Shown piece after piece: positions 37,248-47,200 of a DNA stretch of 64,000 nucleotides. Position 1 is the first letter of the stretch. Each line of letters opens with the position of its first letter. The notes under the pieces were generated by a model. That model was not told the DNA's origin. It searched no databases and saw nothing but the letters and a program-made list of their open reading frames with translations. Source of the stretch: a virus; the IMG/VR virus record IMGVR_UViG_3300036398_003294, positions 8,400 through 72,399 of that record, one strand, 5' to 3'. The translations under genes and the position numbers were made by a program.

Positions 37248-40241
37248 ATGCTTACTGCATACCTAAACCAACTCAAAGATATTAAATCTCGTAACGGTTC
37301 TGAATACTCTTACAGACCTGCACTTAAATCCATTCTTAAAGGTCTTGTCTTTACTGATGAACCAACAGGCAAAGGTAAAAATAAAATCGATATGGAAGTC
37401 TATACTCAAAATTCTTTGGTAGCTTTCTATATCGAAACTAAAAACCTTAATGAAGACTTATCCCATCCAAAACACCAAGACCAATTCAATAGATATAAGC
37501 AGGCATTTCCTAAATTGCTTATCACTAACTTTATTGACTTTGAATTTTACCAAGATGGCAACTTGCTGGATAAATGCACATTATCTGATGCTCTTAGCTT
37601 TGATAAGTTTAACACCTTGCTAGATAATTTCATGGCAAGCACTATCCAATTTAATAGTCCTTTGGCATTAGCTAAAAAACTTGCAGATAAAACCAAATCC
37701 TTAAAATCTGAAATCCTGTCTACTTTAAATACAGATGATCTTGAAATTGAGCAGAAGATTAAAACTAAAAAGAAGTACAAGCTAGTAGCATATAGGAATG
37801 AATTTAAGAAAATGCTTATTGAGGATATTGATAACAATCAATTTGCAGACCTGTATGCACAAACTTTAACTTATGGTTTATTTGCATCAAGATACTATGC
37901 TTATCAAAAAGATCCTAATGCTATCTTTACTAGATCAGATGCCTCGAATCTTATCCCAAATACCAATCCTTTATTAAAGCAATTCTTTGATACCATCAGT
38001 AATGATAAAAATGAATTATCCCAAAGCATTAACAATTTAATTGATGCCATCACTGTCATTTTAGCTAATACAGATATGTCTAAAATCATCTCTTCTTTAA
38101 AGCTGGCTAACAATGATATTGTCATTCACTTTTATGAAAACTTCCTTGAGCAATATGATCCAGAATTAAGAAAGCAAATGGGTGTTTGGTATACACCTGT
38201 AGAAGTAGTGAACTATATTGTCAAAGGTGTAGATGAATTATTAAAAACTAAGTTTGCTATTAAAGATGGTATTTCATCTAGTGAAAAGCAATCATATACC
38301 TATACTAAAAAAGTAAAGGTAGGCAAAGATTCATATAAAACAGAAACCTGCATTAAAGATAATGTGCATAAAGTACAGATTTTAGATCCTGCTACAGGCA
38401 CAGGTAATTTTTTAAATTCAGTAGTGGAATACATTAAGACAAATTACAAGTACTCATCCTTATGGAATGACTATGTAAATAAAGACTTGATACCTAGATT
38501 AAATGGATTTGAATTGATGATGCCTTCTTATGTGATGGCTCACATGAAGATGTATGAATTATTAAAAGACAGTTTAACAGAAGATACAGACAGGTTTAAC
38601 ATTTACTTAACAAACACCTTAAATGGTGCAGTGGATGTAGAAGAGCATTTATTAAGTGTAAGTGATTTGGTATATCAATTAAATGAAGAGGCAATAGGTG
38701 CAAATAGAGTAAGACAAGAACAGCCTGTGATGGTAGTCTTAGGTAATCCTCCTTATAATGGTAATAGTAAGAATAATGGTACTTTTATCACTGAACTTAT
38801 GAGTGAATATGCACAGAAAGGTAAAAATATTGGCAAAGGTCTTAATGATGATTACATTAAGTTTATTAGATATGGACAATCTCTTATTGATCAAAACCAA
38901 TCAGGTATTCTAGCTTATATCTCAAATAATAGTTTTATCAAAAGCCTTGCCTGCTCCAAAATGAGAGAGTCTTTATTAGGAAGTTTTGATGAGATTTATA
39001 TTCTCAATTTACATGGTGATAAAGATGAGAATATTTTTAGTATCACCACACCTGTCTGCATATCATTCTTTGTTAAGACTAATAAGAAAGCAGTAGGTAA
39101 ATTAGGTAAAGTCTTTTATCATGAGATTAAAGGTTTAAAATCAGATAAAATCTCTTATTGTACTAATCAAGTCTTGAATGAAGATTTTAAAGAGATTGAG
39201 ATTATAGGTGATGAGAAGTATTTTTATTCTCAAGATGTTACAATTTTCAATCAGTATAATCAAAACTCTTTTGCTTTGTGTGATTTATTCTTAGAAAAAC
39301 AGCAAGGGGTTTTAACAGCTTGTGATGATTTAGTCGTGGATACTAATAAAGAAAGATTAGAACTAAAAATAAAATTATACCAAGATGTAGGTCAACTACC
39401 CATTTCTATTGAAAAAAGCAAAGAAACAAAAAGAAGTGCTAAATATCATTTAAAAAACTTAAAAAATAAAAAAGGGAAGATTAAATTGTTTCCTTATAGA
39501 CCTTTTGATATTAGAGTGCTTTATGATTCAGATATGGTTCTTTTTAAGAAAAAAGAACTAACACAGCATGAACAAGTACATGAAAATATCTATTTTAATT
39601 TCACTCCTAATTGTTGGGATAAAAACAATTACTCTCATATCTTAATATCCAAAAATACACCTTGTAATCATCTTTTTGCACATGGGACTACATACACAGC
39701 ACCTTTATATCTCCACTCACCTAATGTTATTGATCCATCTGCTCCTCAATTCACATCTAACCTAAACACTACCATCACAGCTAAATTCACTTCCCTTGAA
39801 TCCACCATCACAGATTTAGATATTGTAGACTATATTTATGGTGTGCTTAATGATAAAGCATACACTACTAAATACAATCAGTTTCTTAAATCTAATTATC
39901 CAAAAGTACCTTATCCAAAAGATATTGATACTTTCAATACTTATAAAGATGCAGGCAGTAAACTTAGACAAGTTCATCTCGATGATAACACTCAAGATGC
40001 ACAATCCACTTATAATGCCACTACCAATAATAAGATTGAAAAAGTTTCTTTTGATGCAGATAAAGTATATTTCAATAAGTCCAGCTACTTCGATAACATT
40101 TCTCAAGAGATGTGGGATTTTAAAATAGGAGCAAGCCAACCTTTAAAGAATTGGTTAGAAAGTAGAAAAGAAGATACCTTTGACCAAACCATGATTGAGC
40201 AATATTTAAATGTTGTATATAAAGTAAGAAACTCTCTATAA
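37248..40241 (+). CDS. Single-chain RM protein: putative PD-(D/E)XK N-terminus, N6-adenine MTase, Type ISP-like C-terminal specificity domain
   Basis: SEYSYRPAL, ID...YIETK; GVWYTP; ILDPATGTGNF; GNPPY; YRPFD; APLYL; DYIYGVL...FLK..YP.VP. Confidence 0.88.
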   Translation: MLTAYLNQLKDIKSRNGSEYSYRPALKSILKGLVFTDEPTGKGKNKIDMEVYTQNSLVAFYIETKNLNEDLSHPKHQDQFNRYKQAFPKLLITNFIDFEFYQDGNLLDKCTLSDALSFDKFNTLLDNFMASTIQFNSPLALAKKLADKTKSLKSEILSTLNTDDLEIEQKIKTKKKYKLVAYRNEFKKMLIEDIDNNQFADLYAQTLTYGLFASRYYAYQKDPNAIFTRSDASNLIPNTNPLLKQFFDTISNDKNELSQSINNLIDAITVILANTDMSKIISSLKLANNDIVIHFYENFLEQYDPELRKQMGVWYTPVEVVNYIVKGVDELLKTKFAIKDGISSSEKQSYTYTKKVKVGKDSYKTETCIKDNVHKVQILDPATGTGNFLNSVVEYIKTNYKYSSLWNDYVNKDLIPRLNGFELMMPSYVMAHMKMYELLKDSLTEDTDRFNIYLTNTLNGAVDVEEHLLSVSDLVYQLNEEAIGANRVRQEQPVMVVLGNPPYNGNSKNNGTFITELMSEYAQKGKNIGKGLNDDYIKFIRYGQSLIDQNQSGILAYISNNSFIKSLACSKMRESLLGSFDEIYILNLHGDKDENIFSITTPVCISFFVKTNKKAVGKLGKVFYHEIKGLKSDKISYCTNQVLNEDFKEIEIIGDEKYFYSQDVTIFNQYNQNSFALCDLFLEKQQGVLTACDDLVVDTNKERLELKIKLYQDVGQLPISIEKSKETKRSAKYHLKNLKNKKGKIKLFPYRPFDIRVLYDSDMVLFKKKELTQHEQVHENIYFNFTPNCWDKNNYSHILISKNTPCNHLFAHGTTYTAPLYLHSPNVIDPSAPQFTSNLNTTITAKFTSLESTITDLDIVDYIYGVLNDKAYTTKYNQFLKSNYPKVPYPKDIDTFNTYKDAGSKLRQVHLDDNTQDAQSTYNATTNNKIEKVSFDADKVYFNKSSYFDNISQEMWDFKIGASQPLKNWLESRKEDTFDQTMIEQYLNVVYKVRNSL

Positions 40242-40262
40242 TTGATTGTAGGATAATACACA

Positions 40263-42287
40263 ATGACTTATGAAAATACACTTCCTATAGAAGTTAGAAA
40301 AAAATTAGGTGTTTGGTACACACCAACCGAAATAGTAGAATATATGGTTAAAGGGATTGAGAACTTATTAAATTCTAAATTCAATCTTCCTTTAGATAGT
40401 CAAGATATTCAAATCCTTGATCCTGCTACAGGCACAGGAACTTTTATTGACTGTCTAGTCAATAAAGTTTCTTTAGCAGAAATACATGGGATTGAAATTG
40501 ATCCTGATGCTTATGAGATAGCATCAGAGAAGTTTAAAGATTTAGATAATGTGAAGGTATATAATTTAAATACTTTGGAAGGTGCATTAAAACTAAAATC
40601 ATCTAAAGTGAGAGTAGTCTTAGGCAATCCACCTTATAATGGCAACAGTAAGAATAATGGTGATTTTATCACTGAACTTATGAACTCTTATAAGGTTAGT
40701 AATAAAAATATAGGCAAGGGACTTAATGATGATTACATTAAGTTTATTAGATATGGACAATCTCTTATTGATCAAAACCAATCAGGTATTCTAGCTTATA
40801 TCTCAAATAATAGCTTTATCCAAAGCCTTGCTTGTTCTAAAATGAGAGATTCGTTATTAAATAGCTTTGATGAGATTTATATCTTAAATTTACATGGGGA
40901 TAAAGATGAGAATGTTTTTAGTATCACTACTCCTGTTTGTATCTCATTCTTTGTTAAGACTAATAAGAAAGTAGCTGGTAAAGTCTTTTATCATGAGATT
41001 AAAGGTTTAAAATCAGATAAAATCTCTTATTGCCTTAACAGCACTCTAAATTTAGATTTTAAAGAGATTGAGATTATAGGTAGTGAGAAATATTTTATTC
41101 CACAAGATGTGGATGCTATAAAGGATTATAACAAAAACTCTTTTAGTTTAGATGATTTGTTCTTAACTAAGGGACAAGCTATATTAACAGCTTGTGATGA
41201 TCTTGTAATCGACACTAATAAAACCAATCTCTTAAATAAGATCAATGACTTTCAAACAAAAGGATGGCTACCTGAGAAAATAGAAAATGGTGCAGACTCG
41301 GAACATACAGGTAAGATTAAATTAAGATCATTAAAAAATAAAGATGGTGAAGTTAAACCATTTGCATATAGACCATTTGACAATCGCTTTATTTATGATT
41401 CGGATATGGTGCATAGAAGAAAAACTGAACTAACACAACATGATCAAGTACAAGGCAACATTTATTTGAATAATGCTAGAACAGGTAAGATTAAATTAAG
41501 ATCATTAAAAAATAAAGATGGTGAAGTTAAACCATTTCCATATAGACCTTTTGATACTAGATTTATTTATGATTCGGATATGGTTTTGTATAGAAAAGAA
41601 ACACTGACAGAACATGATCAAGTCATAGGAAATATCTATATTAACTTTAAACATAATTGTTGGGATAAAAACGACTTTACACATATCTGTATCTCAAAAA
41701 ACACACCATCAAATGAATTTTTTGCACATGGTGCAACATACACAGCACCTCTATACCTACACTCTCCATATCATTTAAATCCTACTGCTCCTCAATTCAC
41801 ATCTAACTTAAACCATATCATTAAATCTAAATTCACTTCCCTTGATCCTTCTATCACAGACTTGGATATTATTGACTATATTTATGGTGTCCTCAACGAT
41901 AAGAACTACACCACTAAATATAACCAATTCCTTAAATCTAATTATCCAAGAGTACCTTATCCTAAAGACACTATTGAATTTAATGTCTATAAGGATAAAG
42001 GCACTACTCTTAGACTTGTTCATCTTGATGATAAAACAGAAGATGAACAGTCTACCTTTAATGCCACCACTAATAATAAGATTGAAAAAGTTTCTTTTGA
42101 TGCAGATAAAGTGTATTTCAACAAGACTAGCTACTTCGATCAAATCACACAAGAGATGTGGGATTTTAAAATAGGTGCAAGTCAACCTTTAAAGAATTGG
42201 TTGGAAAGCAGGAAAGAAGATACTTTTGACCAAGCTATGATTGAGCAATATTTAAATGTCATTTATAAAGTAAGACATTCTATCTAA
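40263..42287 (+). CDS. N6-adenine MTase paralog lacking the nuclease-like N-terminus
   Basis: GVWYTP, ILDPATGTGTF, GNPPY, YRPFD twice; long near-identical blocks with upstream gene. Confidence 0.88.
   Translation: MTYENTLPIEVRKKLGVWYTPTEIVEYMVKGIENLLNSKFNLPLDSQDIQILDPATGTGTFIDCLVNKVSLAEIHGIEIDPDAYEIASEKFKDLDNVKVYNLNTLEGALKLKSSKVRVVLGNPPYNGNSKNNGDFITELMNSYKVSNKNIGKGLNDDYIKFIRYGQSLIDQNQSGILAYISNNSFIQSLACSKMRDSLLNSFDEIYILNLHGDKDENVFSITTPVCISFFVKTNKKVAGKVFYHEIKGLKSDKISYCLNSTLNLDFKEIEIIGSEKYFIPQDVDAIKDYNKNSFSLDDLFLTKGQAILTACDDLVIDTNKTNLLNKINDFQTKGWLPEKIENGADSEHTGKIKLRSLKNKDGEVKPFAYRPFDNRFIYDSDMVHRRKTELTQHDQVQGNIYLNNARTGKIKLRSLKNKDGEVKPFPYRPFDTRFIYDSDMVLYRKETLTEHDQVIGNIYINFKHNCWDKNDFTHICISKNTPSNEFFAHGATYTAPLYLHSPYHLNPTAPQFTSNLNHIIKSKFTSLDPSITDLDIIDYIYGVLNDKNYTTKYNQFLKSNYPRVPYPKDTIEFNVYKDKGTTLRLVHLDDKTEDEQSTFNATTNNKIEKVSFDADKVYFNKTSYFDQITQEMWDFKIGASQPLKNWLESRKEDTFDQAMIEQYLNVIYKVRHSI
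41307..41654 (+). repeat. In-frame 174-bp (58-aa) tandem duplication in the specificity domain
   Basis: TGKIKLRSLKNKDGEVKPF.YRPFD starts at 41307 and 41481; first 57 bp identical. Confidence 0.92.
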
Positions 42288-42342
42288 AACATTTATTTCT
42301 TATCTAAAACATTTATAAATTAAGCATACCTATCTAAAACAA

Positions 42343-43644
42343 TTATTCTTCACCATCGCCAAAGAAATCATCATCATCCATATCTTCACTAATGCCATCA
42401 TCATATTCTTCTTCTGATGCTTGCTCTACATCATCATCACTTGGCTCAGTACTCCAAAGATTTTCTAATTCTTCATCTTCAGATGATGTTCTTAATGGAC
42501 TTGAGTTATTAGCAAAACCTTTATTATCAGGAATGACTTTAGCTGATCCACCACTTTGCACAACTTCTGTAATGTTATTTAAAGCAGTAGCAGGTGTTCT
42601 ACCATGACTATCTGATCTATCTAAATTCAAAGTCTTATTGACAGGTGAATCAGGTGCAGTACTGCCTATATCATCTGAATAACCTTTAGGTAAACTTTCT
42701 TTGCCTTTAAAATTATCTACACCACGATTTGTTTGCACACCTGTTGAAAAGCTATCTCTATTTGGTGGAATAACATCTCTTTGAAAATCAGCACTCTTAG
42801 TATTTAAAAATCCTGATGCTTGGATCATTTCACTAACAAAAGCATTTCGTTCTGTTTGACCACCTAAAGTAGTTTTAATATTTTGCCATGTAGCTGATTT
42901 TTGCAATGCTACATTAATGGTATTCATATTGCCTGCTTTTACAAATGGTTTCATTTCTTTAATAATAGATGCCATCACCATATTCTTTTGTGATTTAGCT
43001 AACTTTTGCTTTCTAGCTTCGACCATTTCTAATTGCTTTTGCTCTTCAGCTTGCTTTAATAATGCTTGCTTTTGCATTAACAGTGCTTGCTTTTTTCTTA
43101 ATTGAGCCTGCTCTTGTTCTTGTGCATACTTTTGATCTAACCTATCTTGAATAAGTTCATTTACAGATGATACGATGGATTTAATAGAATTGTTATCTAC
43201 TGCATCTTTAATCTCATTCCAAGTATTTGATTGCTTAAACAATACTCTCAAATCATATTCTTCATCTTTTACTTTTGGTAAAATCTCATTACCTATCCTT
43301 ACTGCAAATGACTTAATCTTATCATCTGTTAAACTTGCTTTTTTTATCTGATTGACAACCATAGGTTTTGGTGCAGTAGTTTGCTTTGGTCTTTCACTTC
43401 TTAAAGATGCAATTCTCTCTGCCATTGATAATGTTTTTTGTGATGGATTAATAGGCATTACTTCTACCTTTTTTGCTACTCGTGGCTGTTGTTCTTCTTC
43501 TTCATTCAAATCTTCTTCATTTAATTTCATCAATGCCATTGATGCTGTCTTTACAACTTCCCATAATGCTTTTTGGATTTGTGCTTTTTCATCAGATGCA
43601 AATTTCATTTTTTCCACCTTTGTTTGTGTATGATTTATATACAA
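42343..43644 (-). CDS. Coiled-coil/low-complexity protein with acidic tail, possible scaffold or internal virion protein (likely start MKFASDE)
   Basis: Q/K/A-rich helical centre; D/E tail; AAAGGTGG RBS before MKFAS. Confidence 0.65.
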   Translation of the reverse strand: MYINHTQTKVEKMKFASDEKAQIQKALWEVVKTASMALMKLNEEDLNEEEEQQPRVAKKVEVMPINPSQKTLSMAERIASLRSERPKQTTAPKPMVVNQIKKASLTDDKIKSFAVRIGNEILPKVKDEEYDLRVLFKQSNTWNEIKDAVDNNSIKSIVSSVNELIQDRLDQKYAQEQEQAQLRKKQALLMQKQALLKQAEEQKQLEMVEARKQKLAKSQKNMVMASIIKEMKPFVKAGNMNTINVALQKSATWQNIKTTLGGQTERNAFVSEMIQASGFLNTKSADFQRDVIPPNRDSFSTGVQTNRGVDNFKGKESLPKGYSDDIGSTAPDSPVNKTLNLDRSDSHGRTPATALNNITEVVQSGGSAKVIPDNKGFANNSSPLRTSSEDEELENLWSTEPSDDDVEQASEEEYDDGISEDMDDDDFFGDGEE

Positions 43645-43685
43645 TACATATTATGTATAAATAGAATACAAAGGATTTTTCACAC

Positions 43686-44246
43686 ATGGCAATTTCACCA
43701 CCTTTAATTGCATCCACCCTACTCGCAAGTAATCCTGCTCTTAAAGGTCAAAGCTGGATTTTATCCACTAATGCTCTTGGTTTAGGTATCTTTAATTGGA
43801 TTAATTCTTCCGTGATTGCTAATGTTACTTGCACAGGCACTCTTGGTCTTGGTAATGCTAATGGTAAAGTTATTATCATCCCAAACACACCTTTAGCTTT
43901 AGCTGGTTTTACTGCTAATGGTCTTGTTAGTTCTAATGCTACTGCTATGGCATCTGCAATTGCCACTTGCTTAAGCACCCTGCCTATGCAATTCACAGGC
44001 ATTAGTCCTCTTGTTGGTACAGGTGCTTGTGCAATCGTTAATATCATTGCTCCTTATCCTACTCTACTTGCTAGTCTACAATCTGCTTTCCCTGCTAGTG
44101 GAATACCTAATCCAAATCCTTTACTTTTAAATTCTTTTGCTCTAAGCATAAGCAACTTGTTTCTCACAGGCACAGGTGCAGGTCTTGTTATTGGCTCTGC
44201 TAGTGTAGTTCCTTCTGCATCACCTATCATCTGTAAAATAGGATAA
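43686..44246 (+). CDS. Small hydrophobic A/G/P-rich putative virion protein
   Basis: AAAGGA RBS; almost no charged residues; coupled to the giant structural gene. Confidence 0.6.
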   Translation: MAISPPLIASTLLASNPALKGQSWILSTNALGLGIFNWINSSVIANVTCTGTLGLGNANGKVIIIPNTPLALAGFTANGLVSSNATAMASAIATCLSTLPMQFTGISPLVGTGACAIVNIIAPYPTLLASLQSAFPASGIPNPNPLLLNSFALSISNLFLTGTGAGLVIGSASVVPSASPIICKIG

Positions 44247-44252
44247 TAAAAT

Positions 44253-47200
44253 ATGTCTAGTAAAATCATCTTAGATACAAAAAATGCTAACACTAACCAA
44301 TCCACTACAAGCCTTGCTACTAGGTTCATTGGTAATCGTGATGCCTATCGTCAAGGCACTTTATGCTTTGATCAAGGTCAAGTTGAATATCTTCTCATCT
44401 CTATGAATAACTCTAAAATCGCTTGGTCTTTAAATCCTGTTCGCAATTTTACTCTTAATCCAACAGGCAATATGGATGGCAATTACTACGAATATAAAAT
44501 CCAAACCTATGATGCTATTAAAAGTCCTGTACCTACTTCCACCAAATTCCTTAAGCCTAACCTTTTCTACTCTCTTGTTAATAACCTTACTGATGCTGAT
44601 TTCTATCTTGAAGAACCTTTATTCCATTGGACTAGAAATGATTCATCTAAACAAAGATTTGATTGGGATGGTCAAAATTGGAAACTCTTAAAAGGTGGAT
44701 CACCTGTCAGTTTAGGTATCTTAACTACTTCAGAATACTCTTTGCCTAAAGGTCTTATTGATGAAGATAATGTTTTTGTTAATCTTATCTACATTGGTCA
44801 AGATCTTATCCCTGCCACCACTAAAAAGTTTTCTGTTAAACCTGATCCTTTTACCTTTGATGGTACTTTTGATGTTGCTATCTTTGTAGATCAAAATAAA
44901 GTTCAATTTAAAGATGCTTTTATCCAAGCAAATGCAGGTAAAGAAATTTGGTTTTTTAATGAATCACTAGATACTTCAGACGGTATCGTTCATCCTATCT
45001 ATGATTCTTATTACCTATCACCTAAACCACAAGGCTTTGAAACACCTTTATTAAGATTAGGCAACAGAGAATACCTGTCTGTTCAATATTATGATGATGA
45101 AAGTCTTTTTCCTTTATCCTTAGAAAAAGGTATTGCATATATTAGTAAACAAACAAGCAAGGTTTCTTTACTCAATCCTGATAACTACACTTTATATTAT
45201 GATGGTCTTGTCTTATCATCTAAACCTGTTTCTTTTGTTGAGCCTGTCTTAATTGAGAATGGTAAAATTAATCCTAAAACTAACTTCACTGCTGGATTTG
45301 ATGTTATTGCTGATGGCACAGGTATCTTACCTACAGGTGATAATCCTACAAGTTCAAGACCTGATGGCAGTGGTTTAAAAATCGCTGTCTTAAATAAATA
45401 TAATTATGTGATCAATGATGTAGGTGATATGATTGATGTCAATATTTATCCTACCTATGAAGATTTACCTAATGATCTCAAATGGTCTAAAGCATATTTG
45501 ACACTTGTTAAAAATCCAAGCGACTTCACTATTAATATTGAGTTCAAATCTACATTCCTATCTTTTCAACAAGATAAAGGTAGATCTCTTTACTTTACTC
45601 AAAGTGCAATCCCTCTTAAATCCTACACTAAATACAATGACACAGATTTTAGAATTTATTCAGCTAAACAAGACAAATACACAATTACAGGTGGTGTTCT
45701 TAGATTAGTCATTAATGGCATCACTAGAAATCTTGATTTTAATAGCTTAACAGGTAATAAACAAGCATGGGAAATTCAAGATCACTTTGACACTTTACTT
45801 GGATCTTCTAATAATCCTATTAAATCTGAAAACAGATACCTTGTGATTAAAGCTAGTTCTTCTGTTCAAATCTTAGATACTTCTGATTTAGAAATCCTGC
45901 AGGCTTTAGGTTTTGTCACTCATCAAAATATTACAGATTGGTATTTAACCACAGGTCTTTATTTTGATCTGCAAAAAAGAAATGATAATAATGCAGACTA
46001 TGACTTCACTAGCACCATTCTTTATAATGATATTCAAGTCACTAAAGAAATCATCCAATCCACTTATGCTTTCTTAGATTTTATCCCAAGAGAAGATTTT
46101 GATGGTTATAGTGAAAACACCTTTTTTAAAGTAGGTAAAAACACTTTAACTGCTGATGTAGAAATTCAACACCTTTTCAATGAAAGCAAATTTGCTTGGA
46201 TTAGAAATATTACTCGAACTAGAAAAATTGACACTCCTACTGCTATTTTAGATCTTGAGCCCGGTGTCGTTGACCAATCCACTTCCATCACTCTAACAAA
46301 AGATAAGTTCACTGCGAATCTTGTAGAAAATGAAACCTTTGATACAAATATTGCAGGCTTTGCTAGATACTTCACTAGATACTCTAAACAAATTGAACAA
46401 GGATTTAATGCAGTTATCAATGATGAAGAATATACTTTAGATGCCACCTATGACATCAATCCTAATGATTGGATTCAAACTTCTACTCATTTCTTTAAAG
46501 TCTTAGATGTTAATGCGAATGTCTTAAGTTTATCTTCTATCCCTTCAGATACTTCGTGGAAAGCATTTAAAGGATATTCCGAACCTGATCCAAGTCTTTT
46601 GACTTCTGAATGTTTCATTTCTCTTAATAATGTGAGATCTTTCTTAAAAGTTAAGAAAGTTCATGCAACAGGCTCAAATACTCTTAAACAAACCATTACT
46701 GCTAAATGCTCCATAGAAGAAAATCTTATTGCTAGATTTAATGATAATACCGAACAAGCTGTCACTATCCTTAAAGATGTTGCTTTAGGTTTATCCACTG
46801 ATCAATGCTTTGTTGATATTACTGATCCAAGAGTTTTAGATTTACAATTTAAAATCCGTGTAGGCAGTGATGCTACTTTATATACTCCTGTCTTTGATAC
46901 ACCATCAGCAGATGTTTCTATTAATAGCTCTACAGGTGAAATCACTTTATCTACTGCCTTAACTTCTTTGACAGGTGATGTTGTTTTTATTCCTTTAGCT
47001 TATCAAAATATTGAAGTGCTTATCTCATCTGAAACAACAAGTGAATTTTATGGTGTAAATAAACCTGCATACATTATTGAAGAAGTATCTCATGATGACT
47101 ATGTTGTAGAAACCACAGGTGGAAACATTTCTTTCTTAAGTCCTTTGGATGCTGGTGTGAGTATTGAAGTTGAATACTACACGGATGAAAACACTCAAAT

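Noticed and set aside
42261-42341. TATCTAAAACA three times at the end of the second MTase
   Set aside because: Looks like local duplication of the gene end in a convergent gap; too short and AT-rich to assign function
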